Assembly (NCBI GenBank): GCA_013239625.1
Contig: MU057354.1
Coordinates: forward strand, 21,989,890-22,053,889
DNA: 64,000 bases
Reading direction: 5' to 3'
Source of the DNA: Lama guanicoe
Lineage: Eukaryota
Shown: piece by piece, positions 12,590 through 24,529 of the stretch
Layout of the letters: each line of letters begins with the position of its first letter
Numbering within the stretch: the stretch's first letter is position 1
Made by a program: the position numbers and the translations under genes
The notes under the pieces: generated by a model
The model's input: only the letters and a program-made list of their open reading frames with translations
What the model was told of the DNA's origin: nothing
Database searches by the model: none

Positions 12590-13900
12590 TCAGGACACAT
12601 GGCTCTTAAATGTCTTGCTCCTGACTTTCGGAGGAAAGCAGTTTTTAATTAAGTATGATCTTAGCTTACTTTTTTTTTATTGCTGCCATTTGTCAGGTTG
12701 AGTAAGTTCTTTTTTCACATTCCTAGTTTTTTTTTAAACACCTTTATTGTGGTATGGTTCCTGTACAATAAACTACATATGTTTCATATGTACACTTTGA
12801 TGAATTTTGATAGATGCATACACCAATGAAACCACTACCACAATCAAGACAGCTAACATTTCCATCACTCTCCAAGAGGTGCAAGTTTCAAATTCCCAAT
12901 TCCCTGCTTTGCTAATGGTTTCTATTAATACAAGACATTGGATTTTAGTAAGCACTTTTTCTGCATGTATTGGGAAGATTATATGATTTTTCTTTTTTAA
13001 TATAGTGAATTACATTTATTTATTTATTTATAAATGGAGGTACTGGGATTGATCCCAGGACCTTTGCATGCTAAGCATGTGCTTTGCCACTGAGCTATAC
13101 CCACCCCCCTGAATTACATTACAGTTTAAATGTAATGTTAAGCCAAATGTGCATTCCTGAGATAAACCTAACTAGGTCTCGACATATTAACCTTTTTGTA
13201 TAATGTTGGATTTAATTTGCTAAAATTTTTTTAAGAATTTTTGCATTTATGTTCCTGAGTAATACTTGTCAGTAGTTTTCTTGTATTGTCTCGTCTCCTC
13301 CTCTGTAGACTTCAGTATGTTAGACTGCTTCAAGTTGTCCCTCAGCTCACTGATGTTTCGTTTTTTTGTTCAGCTTTTTTTTATCTTTGTTTCATATTGG
13401 ATAGTTTCTGTTGCTGTGTCTTCAAATTTACTAATCTTTTGTTCTGTAATGTCTAATGTGCTTCTAATCCCATCCAGTGTATTTTTCATCCAAAACATTG
13501 TATTTTTCATCTTCAGATAGGGAGTTGGGTCTTTTTCTATATCTTCCATGTCTCTACATAATATACTCGATCTTTACTTACTTTCTTGAAATATGGAGTA
13601 TAGTTATGGCAATGATTTTGATATCCTTGTCTACTAATTCTAGTATCTGTATTATTTCTGGGGTTTATTACTATTAATTAGTTTCTCTGCTTATTGTGGA
13701 TCACATTTTCCTGCTTTGCATGCCTGTCGATTTTTTATTATATGCTAAACATTGTGAATTTTACCTTATTAAGTGCTGGAGTTTTTGTATTCATGTAAAT
13801 ACTAAGCTTTGTTTTGGGATTCAGTTAACTTACTTGGAAGCACTTTAATCTGTTAAAGTCTTGCTTTTCAGCTTTTTAAAGCGGGAACAAAACAGCCTTA
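12590..13900 (-). mobile_element. Nested L1 fragments
   Basis: The T-rich strand carries L1 antisense phrases (ttttctgcatgtattgggaagattatatgattttt, cattcctgagataaacc). A SINE interrupts the block. Confidence 0.55.
13017..13109 (-). mobile_element. tRNA-Ala-derived SINE (camelid vic-1-like)
   Basis: The minus strand reads GGGTATAGCTCAGTGGCAAAGCACATGCTTAGCATGC...GGATCAATCCCAGTACCTCCA followed by an (ATAA)n tail. There is an 11-bp TSD TGAATTACATT at 13006-13016 and 13110-13120. Confidence 0.85.
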
Positions 13901-14384
13901 TCCAACTATTCTATAAAATTAAAATCATCTAGAGTGAAATTTCATTCCATTTGTTAATTTTATTAGCTTTTTCTTGGCCTTAGATTTATTCATGTGTTTT
14001 GAAATTTTAGTTTGCAACCTAAATTTTAGCAGAAGTCACCCACTCCTGCCTTGTCCTCACCCTTGCTGTTTAATCATTTTATAATAGCCTCCACCCAGAT
14101 TCCCAGACCCCCACATCAAGGACTAGGTCTTATAACCACAATTCTGTCCCATATTGACATTGGTCTAAACCAACTCCTGGATTCAAGTTGTGAACCTGGC
14201 TTTGGCCCTTGTCTTGAGTGGGCAACCTGTGAGGCCTTCTTACTGTGTGAAGGCTTCATTGCCACAGGCTGCCTGCTGTCAGACTCAGAACCCATCAAAC
14301 CGTTGTATCAGCCTTACTCATAATTTATATTTCTTTTCCTTTTCAGATTCATAAAGATTTGTCTTTGAACCCAGCTATGTCTCT

Positions 14385-15035
14385 TTTTTCAACATTTTAT
14401 TATTAAAATTTTCAAATATACAGAAAACTTGAGGTATACAGTGAATGCTCATATAACCATGACTTAGGTTCTACAATCAGCCTTTTGCTATAATGTCTTT
14501 ATTATATATCTGTCCATCCCTCTCTCCACCCATCAGGCCACCTTAATTTCTTGATCACTTCAAAGTGAGTTATACTCTTTATAAGTACTAAAGCATTGCA
14601 TATTATTAGCTAGAGTGGAATATTTGTTTTTGTTTGTAGTTTTTTTTCTTTTAAAATGATGTTTATATACAGTGAAATGTACAAGTCTTATGTTTTCAAA
14701 CCTATCTTCCATACAATTCAAACGCCAGTCGATAGAGAACATTACCATCACCAGAGAAGGTTTGCTTGTGTCCTTTCCCAGCCAGTCCACACTCCTATAC
14801 CCCTAGTAACCACTGTTCTGTTTTTTATTTCTACCATAAATTAGTTTTGCCTGCTCTAGACTTTCTTATTATGGAATCATATAGTGTGTACTCTTTTATA
14901 TAAGGCATCTTTTGCACAGTATGTTGTCTTTGAAACTTCTCCATGTGGTTGTAGTAATAACTTATTCCTTTTTTATTGCAGAATAGCAGCACTCTCGGCT
15001 TGTTTAAACACACCACTGTTTGTTTAGTCATTTCA
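14385..15035 (-). mobile_element. Old L1 3' end fragments
   Basis: L1 3'UTR antisense phrases are present (aacattaccatcaccagagaagg, tagttttgcctgctctagac, atggaatcatatagtgtgtac). Confidence 0.6.
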
Positions 15036-15769
15036 GTGGGATCCCTTTCATTTCTCTAAATAAAAATTTTTTCAATCTGTCATTGTTAAGTGTTTGGAGA
15101 GAAAAGAGTGCATTAAAGTTTGAACCAAACTGTGCTATCTCAACCTAAAGTCCCTCAGTTTAACTAATGTGTTTTCATTTTAAGTTGTTTTACTTAAATT
15201 CAGTAAACGTAGCTGCTTTCTACTTTTATAAGGAATTGAGTTTAGACCCTTCTGTTTTCCCTCGAAGTCTGTTCAGTATGCATTATCACATTTTTACATG
15301 AAATTTAAAAGTAGAGAACGTAGTATGTAAATGAAGGGCTATATTTGGTGTTTAAAAGCTCTCTTGATCCATAAATAATGTCAAGCAGTCTGCATATTAA
15401 ATATGTATTTGTTTTTCATATCATTTTAAAAATTCAATAATTCTATCATATTTTTGCCATTATTTTAGGTACATTTTATCTCTAATCATGAAACTCCTTT
15501 TTAATCAACAATAATTAACAAAGAACTCTTTGTTTTCGAGATTATGTTGATTCAGCCAGCTGACCAACATATTGCAATTCTATGGGATCTCTAACCTCTT
15601 AATTCTGGATTAATTGTGCAATATAATGTAAATTTTTGAGTAACTGAATCCCTTTTTCTGATACTTATGTTAAAAGGAATAGCTAATAAAGCACAACATA
15701 CTTTATATATAACATAAAGTTTCAATATTTGTTAAAATTACATCTTATTTTGCTTTTACCTTTCTTCAG

Positions 15770-15909
15770 GTTTGGTTNNNNNNNNNNNNNNNNNNNNNNN
15801 NNNNNNNNNNNNNNNNNNNNNNNNNNNNNNNNNNNNNNNNNNNNNNNNNNNNNNNNNNNNNNNNNNNNNNNNNNNNNNNNNNNNNNNNNNNNNNNNNNNN
15901 NNNNNNNNN
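15770..15909 (+). CDS. CGRRF1: CGRRF1 coding exon 2 (mostly N-masked)
   Basis: The acceptor ttttacctttcttcAG|GTTTGGTT continues W-F-G-(W) from exon 1. Bases 15778-15933 are N, so the end is inferred from the recalled 140-nt orthologous exon and the phase of exon 3. Confidence 0.8.
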
Positions 15910-18900
15910 NNNNNNNNNNNNNNNNNNNNNNNNTTTCTCACTTTCTATGCCCCTTGTTTAGCCCTTTAATTTTCTTTCTCTATTGCTTTCCCTTCCTCAG
16001 ACTTAACAGACATTTATTGAACACCTATTTTGTTCCAGGAGTTGTACTACATTACACAGATACAAAGACTAATAATTCACAAACCTTGCTCCTAAGAAAC
16101 TTATCATCTAGTGAACAGAGGCGTTTGTATGAGAAGAATAAAGTATCACAGGTGTTAATATGAGAAGTCTCTTAGGACACCGTGTCATTTTCACTGGTCT
16201 TCAGTGCAGTGAGAAATGTAAGGATGTAGTGTAAGAATAGGTAATGTAAGGTGCTACCCTTCTGAGGAACAACCATCTTTTCATCTGAAATTGTGGCGTT
16301 TTGGTATAAAATATTATGTTGGTAAGTGGGAATGATAGATGTTAGTTGTCTGTTTCTCTACTTGGGAAAATAAATTGTCTGCAAGATTATCTAGGAAAGA
16401 GAAGTAAAATAAAGAAAGAATTAAGTTTGCCAAGATGGGGAGACATATGCAAGAACAGCTTCATNNNNNNNNNNNNNNNNNNNNNNNNNNNNNNNNNNNN
16501 NNNNNNNNNNNNNNNNNNNNNNNNNNNNNNNNNNNNNNNNNNNNNNNNNNNNNNNNNNNNNNNNNNNNNNNNNNNNNNNNNNNNNNNNNNNNNNNNNNNN
16601 NNNNNNNNNNNNNNNNNNNNNTCGTGGGATTGGGAGAAATTCAAATAGAAGGAGACGCATGAACAAAGTACCAAGATAGAAAGAATAATACATTAGAGAA
16701 ACAGTAAGTAGTTTGTTGTGGATAAACCACAGGGTGGGACAGGTAAGAAAGAAGAGTTAAGGAAGACTCAAGTTCTTTGTGTGGGTCCTCCCCAACAGAT
16801 CATATTACTGAGATAAGGAGTCCTGGAGGAATAGCAGTTTTCGAAAGAAAAGTACTGAATTCAGTTTTGAACTTCTGGACTTAGAAATGCTTTGTGACAG
16901 TTAAACAGAAATGTAGAGTAGGCAGTTCTCCATACAGTCCTGTAGCTCTATAAAGATCTCTGGGCTGAGACTCTATCAGTTTTTACACTTGCTCACATTT
17001 CTGGTACCTTAGAAACAAACATCCCAAAACTTCTGCCGCTTTTCATCTTATTTTAGCCGCTGTCCTGTCTCTTCTTCCCTTCTCGGCCAGGCTTCTGAAA
17101 AGTAGTTTGTGCTTGCCTTCTTCTCTCAACCTGTTCCCTTTCACTCCTCAGATCAGTGCTGTCTGATTTTTGCCAGTATCCCTGTACTGAGATGGCTTTC
17201 TCCAAGGTCACTGATTACAACTGCCGCCCCCACCTCCAATCCCCGCAGTTATAAAATCCAGTGGACACTTTTCTGTCCTGAGGGTCCTGAGTTAATGTTC
17301 TCTCTGCAGTATTGAACAGAGTTGGCCAGGCCTTCCTTCTTGACACCCTGTCCCTTGGTCCCTGTGGCCATTCTTGCCTGGTCATCTTCCTGCCTCTGAC
17401 TTCCAGAATCAGTTGCCAGCAATCAGTGTACATAGTCAGTAGAGGTTATCAATCTTAAGTAAAGCTTGATTTATGATGAAAAAGTACAAATTTCTTATTT
17501 TTCTTCCTTAGCTGTAACTACTATACTATTACCCAGTAAATTAAAGGGAACTAAGGACCTTTTTTCCCCCTCAGTGGTGGATAAGGGGTTCATTCTGATA
17601 TTTTTCACTTAGGAAAATCAAACTTCAAGGTAGGACAGAGAAACTAAATTTGTTTAGAAAACATGCCTGATTAAAATGTGCTGAACAGTAGTGGTTTGGT
17701 GACCTCTAACCTCCATGGACATGCACTTAAACCTGCTATAATGTCACATCTGGTTTCTGAGCAAGATTGCCAAAAAAAAAAAAATCTACAAACATAATGC
17801 TGTCCTTCCTGCAGCACAGTGTCCAGAAGCCTGGAAACACTGAAAAAGAAGAACTGATACAGAACTGAGCAAGAACTAACACACTTGTGAGGCAGGATGT
17901 GTAAGGAACTCCGTTAATCTGCCTTCCATGCAGAAATAATCTCAAATAGAACCTGCCCTGTAAATGTTGGAAGCAAATGAAAGATATCCAGTGAGAGGGA
18001 GACCTCTCTGCTATGCCCAGCACACTAGGTGCTACCAGCAGCAGCGTTACTGAAGTATATGAAGAAAATTTTGTGTGCAGACTTGTAGTATGCTTATTGA
18101 AGTATTTTAGTTTTTAAAATACCCATGCATATCACTCCTTGTCTTCTATGGGGGAATAAGGGAAAGGTTTTGTTGGGAATTGTGCTTGGCAGAATAAAGT
18201 TCATTTGTTTAAACTGTGAAATGGTGGATGTCGTTAAAGATGTCTAACCAGGACACTGAGATAATATTCTGAGCAATAATTGTGCCATTGTAAAAGGTTA
18301 TTTCATCTGATGTGTAGATAGATAGTTTAAAAATCCAGGTCTTTTTTCACTTCTGTACTTAAGATGCCCAGCGCATAGAGGAGGAAGGGGGAGCATCTGG
18401 AGACCTGACTTACTTGAAAATAAAGCAGAGAATCAGTTTTAATCTTAGTTGTTTAGTTCTCTTTACAGGGGTGAGTTGTTGGGATTGCTTTGTTGTTATT
18501 TAATGATTCTGTACTTGGATTTATGATGTTTCCATGTCCCTAATGTAGAAGCTTTAATGACATTAAAAGAAGTGCTCAGGATATATTAGTTGAGTTGAAT
18601 TAATTCAGTTCAGGAATTCTGCTGTCCTTTTGCAAACAGCTGCCTCGTGTTTTGGCAAGATGACACACATGGCATTTGGGGAGAAATTTGTGGACCACTA
18701 TACCCACAACCTAAAAATTTTGTCTCCCAAGACTCTGGTTTTGTTATCCTCATGCACGACCTCCTTGTCCATTGTTCTTCTCTCTCAGGGATTCTTCTTC
18801 AGGGTTTGTGGCTTTTCTGCCTCATTGTTTCTCCTTTTTTAGCGGATCAAGTCATTTAACTATAGCCCTTTTTTTTCCTTTTTTTTTCAATTTTTTGCAA

Positions 18901-21312
18901 CTCTCTCTCTTGCACTGTGCTTTACTTGGCTGTCACAGTGAGGCAGGTAAGGGCAGGCTGAGAGAAATCACATCCATGCTGCTTCACTTAATTTAGATTC
19001 TGAATTTTCTGGTTTATGGCTGTGTCCCAATTCTGTTAAAACTATTGATCTGAGATGCCACTGTGTGTGCACTGAATTTAGAAGACCAAGAAACTGTAAG
19101 AATGAGAACTCCCTCTGCCAAGGAAGTGGGAAAAACTAAAGGGAGAACAGTTTTGCAATAGTGGTATTTGAACTATCACCAGTGAGTGTAAATCAGGACA
19201 TTCTCTTGTCAGCGTATGTAATGGAAAAATTTATGAAAGACTGTACAGAATAGAATTTCATAGTTCTGTAGTTCTTTTTGTTAACTTATAATATTAATTT
19301 CAGAGATACATGGTAAAGTATGATTAATATCCATTTGTCAGTAGACTCTGACACTCTCCCCATTGCAGTCAAGTACACAAGTATGCAAGTCTTGTATGCA
19401 GCTCTGAATCTCTGGAACTCTGATGCTTTTTAAGAAGAAACATACTGGGTAGTTTTCTATGTTCTAGAAGTTGAGGGTTTTTTTTTAAGGCTTATCCTTT
19501 CATTGTTCTTTTTAAGTATAAATAAACACATATATATGGATATCCTCTCCTGTGAGAGAAACAGTAGCATACTGTAAATACCTTACTTTCTTCATTTAAC
19601 AATATATTCTGAAGATTGTTCCACAGTACTTTATATAGATACTTTGATACGGCTCATTTCTTTTTTAAGAGTTGTAGTACTTCACTATGGAGTATTCCAT
19701 ATTTCATTCATTTAATCCCATATTGATGGACATTTGAGTGGGTTCCTGCATTTTGACATAACTAGTGCTATGTATATACATCTTTTCACTTTTTTCACAT
19801 TTTTTTGCCAGTAATATAATAATATTAAGAAATCATTATCTGGGTTTCTTTTTTTTCTCTTTCTACTTTTTTATATGCCATTTCTATTTTTCCTTTTCCT
19901 GTCTACATCCAACTTTTTTTTTTCTTGCCTCATGTTTTGTAGTTCCTTAGTTACATAAAGTATGTGTGATTTTAATATATATATATATTATAAAATTTGT
20001 TTTAATGGAGGGTTTTTCTTCAGCTATTTGACAAGTAATTGAAAAAAAAATAGCTAAACGAATGTTCCATTCTTGAATTAATACCTGATGTTTGGAATCA
20101 TATAAAAATTTGAAGTCAAATTCTGTTCTAATTACCTCTGTGAAGTTCCTGCCCATTAAGATTTTTGCTTAACTGGGATTAGGAATTGCTCTAGGTTGCT
20201 GCTACTGCACATACTCAGAATCTGAGAGTTTGTGTACATTCTACTAAATACAGAGAAGAAAACTGAAAACTCAGTCAGTTTCTGATGTCCTATAGAGCAT
20301 CTGCTTGTGTTTGTGTGTCTTTTTCCAACACAGAATTTTGATCACGTTTTTAAAAATATGTAATGTATCAATCAAAATTCCTATTAGCAAACAACAGAAA
20401 TGACTCCAATAAAAGGACGCTGAGTAGCTTACAGAATTGCCAGTAGCTGTGGGGAGCCAGAATCGGAGACCAAGTCAGTTCAGCCAGAAGCAATGACTGA
20501 AACCATGCCTTTTTGGTCTAGTGAGTACTCCACGGCCACTGAGCACTACATGTTGCAGCTTGTACTGCCAGTAGTATGAGATGCTGGATGTTGCTGCCCT
20601 TGAACTTGATATTGCTACAACTACCATGAGCAAGGGAAAAAAGCATGTAGGTGGCACATAGTAAATCCTATGTAAGTGTTAAGTAAATACGTAAAACTGT
20701 ATAAGATAATTTGTGTGTCTGCTTTTAATATATATATCCACTTAATCAGGTTTACTTAAATTGTGGTATCTTTTATTATGATGAAATCTGTTTTTATATA
20801 TAGTAGCTAACATTTGCGAATCTCAAACTCCCAAATTTAAGGCTAAATTTCTTTTTAATATATTTCCCACTCCACTGATCATCTTGTGGCCCCGATGGGT
20901 TGTATGTATCCACTTTTGGAGATGGCTCTATTGCTTCTTGTAGTTAGGATTATATACACTATTAGAGTGGTAGGTTATCAATTGTGAGCTATATTTCAGT
21001 TTTTGAAATCTATGTGGGAAAAGTCTTGAAGTCATCCAAAAAAATCATATTTACAATTTCCAAGCATAAATGTAAAATGTTGTAAATTAGTTTACTGATA
21101 GCGCTTCAAATTGTGTAGACATTGAAGTTTTTATATTTTTTGTGTTTGAGACCATTTCCTTCATTTATAGGCACATACCCTTTAATGAGTTCCTTTAACT
21201 GCCATCAGCCTGGCCAGCATCCAAAAGGAAGCTTTTGCTGCTCACTATGTATAATTGTATTAGAAATTACATTAGGTAATTTTCTTCTCTTTGTCTCATT
21301 TGTTCTCTACAG

Positions 21313-21490
21313 CTGGCATAACTTTGACAACAGATTGCCTTGAAGATAGCCTCCTTACATGCTACTGGGGGTGCAGTGTTCAAAAATTATATGAAGCTCT
21401 GCAGAAGCACTTTTATTGCTTCCGAATAAGCACTCCCCGAGCATTGGAAGATGCTCTGTATAGTGAATATCTCTATCAAGAGCAGTATTT
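21313..21490 (+). CDS. CGRRF1: CGRRF1 coding exon 3
   Basis: The acceptor is tgttctctacAG. The exon encodes (T)GITLTTDCLEDSLLTCYWGCSVQKLYEALQKHFYCFRISTPRALEDALYSEYLYQEQY(F). The donor TT|GTATCCTTTT is U12-type. Confidence 0.95.
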
Positions 21491-21643
21491 GTATCCTTTT
21501 ATCTGTTATACCCATTAACACATGAAAATTTTAGACATTCAACTTTTTATGGATAAAATAGTGTTTTCTAAGTTATTATTTATCCCCTTTGGTATATTGT
21601 ATTTTTGGTTATATGGACAATTTACCTTTACATCTTCAAAAAG
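21491..21643 (+). other. CGRRF1: U12-type (minor spliceosome) GT-AG intron, 153 nt
   Basis: The 5'ss GTATCCTTT is the exact U12 consensus. The branch-like TACCTTTAC (21623-21631) has its A 13 nt from the 3' end. There is no polypyrimidine tract (caaaaAG). Splicing restores EQYF-IKKDSKEE. Confidence 0.9.
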
Positions 21644-21791
21644 TATTAAAAAGGACAGCAAAGAAGAAATATATTGCCAGTTACCGAGAGATACTAAGAT
21701 TGAAGACTTTGGTACGGTGCCCAGATCTCGCTATCCAATGGTAGCACTGTTGACCCTAGCTGATGAGGATGATCGAGAAATTTATGATATT
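21644..21791 (+). CDS. CGRRF1: CGRRF1 coding exon 4
   Basis: It encodes IKKDSKEEIYCQLPRDTKIEDFGTVPRSRYPMVALLTLADEDDREIYDI. The donor ATT|GTAAGT is at 21792. Confidence 0.95.
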
Positions 21792-24529
21792 GTAAGTAAT
21801 TTTAAAATTCTGGAGCATTATGTGATTTTAAGTGATTTGGAGGATGGATCTTCATTACCTGGTGAAACAGAAAAAGGTTTTGTTTTGATTTCTGAGGATA
21901 CACTTTTGGCCTGGATACATTTTTCTTGAAAAATGAATACAGGGGAAGCACACTTGTATGAGTTTTATATGTGTAACACTCTTTCAGAGTATGACTTGTT
22001 TTTTTCCATGTGGGTTGCGAGAATATGATTTTATTTAGAAAATAAAAGATGTGGTTGAATTACATGAATTTCATCATTTTGTATTCTGTCATGTTTGCTA
22101 CACAGAAAAAGTCTGTTGGGAGCATGTTTATTCCTAATATTTTTAGCGCTGAGTAAATCAGAATTGTCATGATCTGATGTGCTTGAAGTCAAGACAGTGT
22201 CCACTCTTTTCTTTGCTTGCTTGCAGCCATCTTGTTTCCATCACATCCCCTGCTGCACCTACATCTTCTATGTGTTTGGTCCCTATATTTTCAGTAATGA
22301 TTGTAATCTCTTTTCCTCATTATGTGCTAATTATTTTAGTCTGGTGCTTTATCCCTACTAGGAAGATAAAAGCATCTTAGAGATCTAAAAGCATCTGAGC
22401 CCTGGCATTCCTGTAAGTATGGTAGAAGCTTATGTATGAAATAAACTGTTGGTGAAATCCTTTCATGGTAAGAATGCTCTGAGACACAACTTACTTCTTC
22501 TCTGAAGTGCATGATATAGATATGTTCATTAATAAAGATATGGTAACATTTTTTTATGACACTATATAATAAACAAAGTGTTAACTTACACCTTCTAACA
22601 ACCTTGTGTGCTAGGGCGAGTATCCTTATAAACACTGAAGGAGACTGAAGAAAAATCCCAGCCATTCAGGAAACGAGAGGTGGAACTAGGGCTTGATTCT
22701 GAGCCTGTATAGTTCTGTGCCAGTATCCTTAGTTTCTAACAGGAGTATCTCCCTGAAACAAGCATGCATTGAGCTTTGGAAGATGCAGACCCTAACTGAG
22801 AGAACTAGACCCTGCTCACACGCAGTTATGCCTCTGTTGTTTTGGGAGTGTTTTAATTTTATCAAATTGAAGTTCCACTGAGCTGAAGTCAGTTTGTTTT
22901 TTTTCAATAAAAGTCATAGTAACAGCAGTGTATTTCCAGAACCTCACACAGTGCCTGGAACATAATAGGTGCTCAGTAAATTGATTAAGTGGAAAAAAAG
23001 TCATACCAAGCAATGTTAGTGAGCCTCATAGAACTTGACAGCAGAGCTCCTGAGCAGTCTCCAGGAGGGCTCCTCCGGCTGCCTCCCTCCCACTCTTTTC
23101 AGCTGAAGATGAATGAGTAAGACCTGTTGAGCTAGTATTGCGTATTTCCAGGCTGTATTTCCTGCCTTTCCGTCCTTTACTCTGCCTACCTGGGAAAGGG
23201 AACCCGCCTCTCACCACCGTGTGCCCCATCTCTTCTCAGCTCCCTGCTTCTTTCCTTCCATTTGAAATAGAAAGGGTCAGACCTGTCACCTTCCTCCCAG
23301 CTTCCCCTGTGCTTCCTTTGCCGCTCGCTGCTGGTGCTCTGTGTCTACCTGAAGTTCTCAGGCTCTTTGTTTTCTAACTTTTCTCCCGCAATCTAAACAC
23401 TTTCTAACTTTCCTCCCCACTCTAAAGGAGTGTGTGTGTGTGGTAAAATAATATACAACATAAAATTGACCTTTTAAACCACTTTTCAGCGTACAGTTCA
23501 GTGACATTATAAACTGGGAAAGATTTGCTCTCAGACTGTGATCCAGCTGGAATGAGGACCACTGGTCCAGCTGCGGTTGTGGGAGGCGTGTTCCCGCAGG
23601 GCAGCCTGGCTATCCAGGGTTAGCAGCCCTTTTCTCTCTTCCTTCGTATCCATCTCCCTGCCTGGGTCCTTCTCTGTGTCTTCTGTTCTTATCAGGAAGC
23701 TCTCTCCATTTTTCCCTGTTAATCCTTGCTTCTCCGTCTCATATCTCTCAGACTTGGCTGAGTATCAGAACTAAAGCATATTTTGTATTTATGTTCTCTG
23801 TTCTTAATTTCAAAAGTGAACTGGGCATTTGGTTTTTCAATATTTTATCTGGGTCAGAGATTCTAAATTAAAAAAAAAATTTAAACTCTCCCATTCCTAT
23901 TGTAACAGTAATAAATTACATTCAGATCATGTAGTTAGGAGCCAGTTTGTTACTCTAGGTAGATAAAAGAAAGCAGGGATTGTCATTGCAAGATCGTGAC
24001 TTTAAATGTTTTTCATTTTTACTATATTATATTAGTATGTTATTTTTTCTGTAGTACTCAAATAGTACATGTTTGTGGCAGGAAATAGATTAGAAAATCT
24101 AGGTAAGTCAAAAGGGAAAAAGTAAAATCACCTGTTTTCTTTCATTCAAAGATAACCACTGTGGATATTTGTGTGTATTTTTCTAGACCTTTGTGTATGT
24201 AATTTTAAAACAACAATGGGATCAAATTATACATACTATTTTGTGACCGTTCATTTAATAATATGTTTTAAACATCTTTTTCATATCAATTGTGTATCTA
24301 TGACTACATATGTATTTATGACTAGCATAATAGTAGCTTCAGAGGCTTTTAATGTTAAATCAAATGGCAGGATTGTTAGTAACAGATGATAACATTACTA
24401 TCTTCTATCAATCCTGTCATTTTGATTTAGTATGAAAAGGCTCTGAAGTCATTGCCAAATTAATAAATCCTTATGAAGCTGTGAAGAATATTGTAATTTT
24501 ATGAACATAGTAGGGTTGGTTTTTTTAAA

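Noticed and set aside
13035-13109. tRNA-Ala-like gene (also about 29768-29844)
   Set aside because: A-rich tails, TSDs and degenerate arms show these are SINE heads, not tRNA genes.
18600-18960. Purine-rich minus-strand stretch that looks like a decayed exon (QERELQKIEKKRKKR...)
   Set aside because: Stop density is about that of random sequence, a frameshift is needed, and I recognise no homologue. It would need tBLASTx support.
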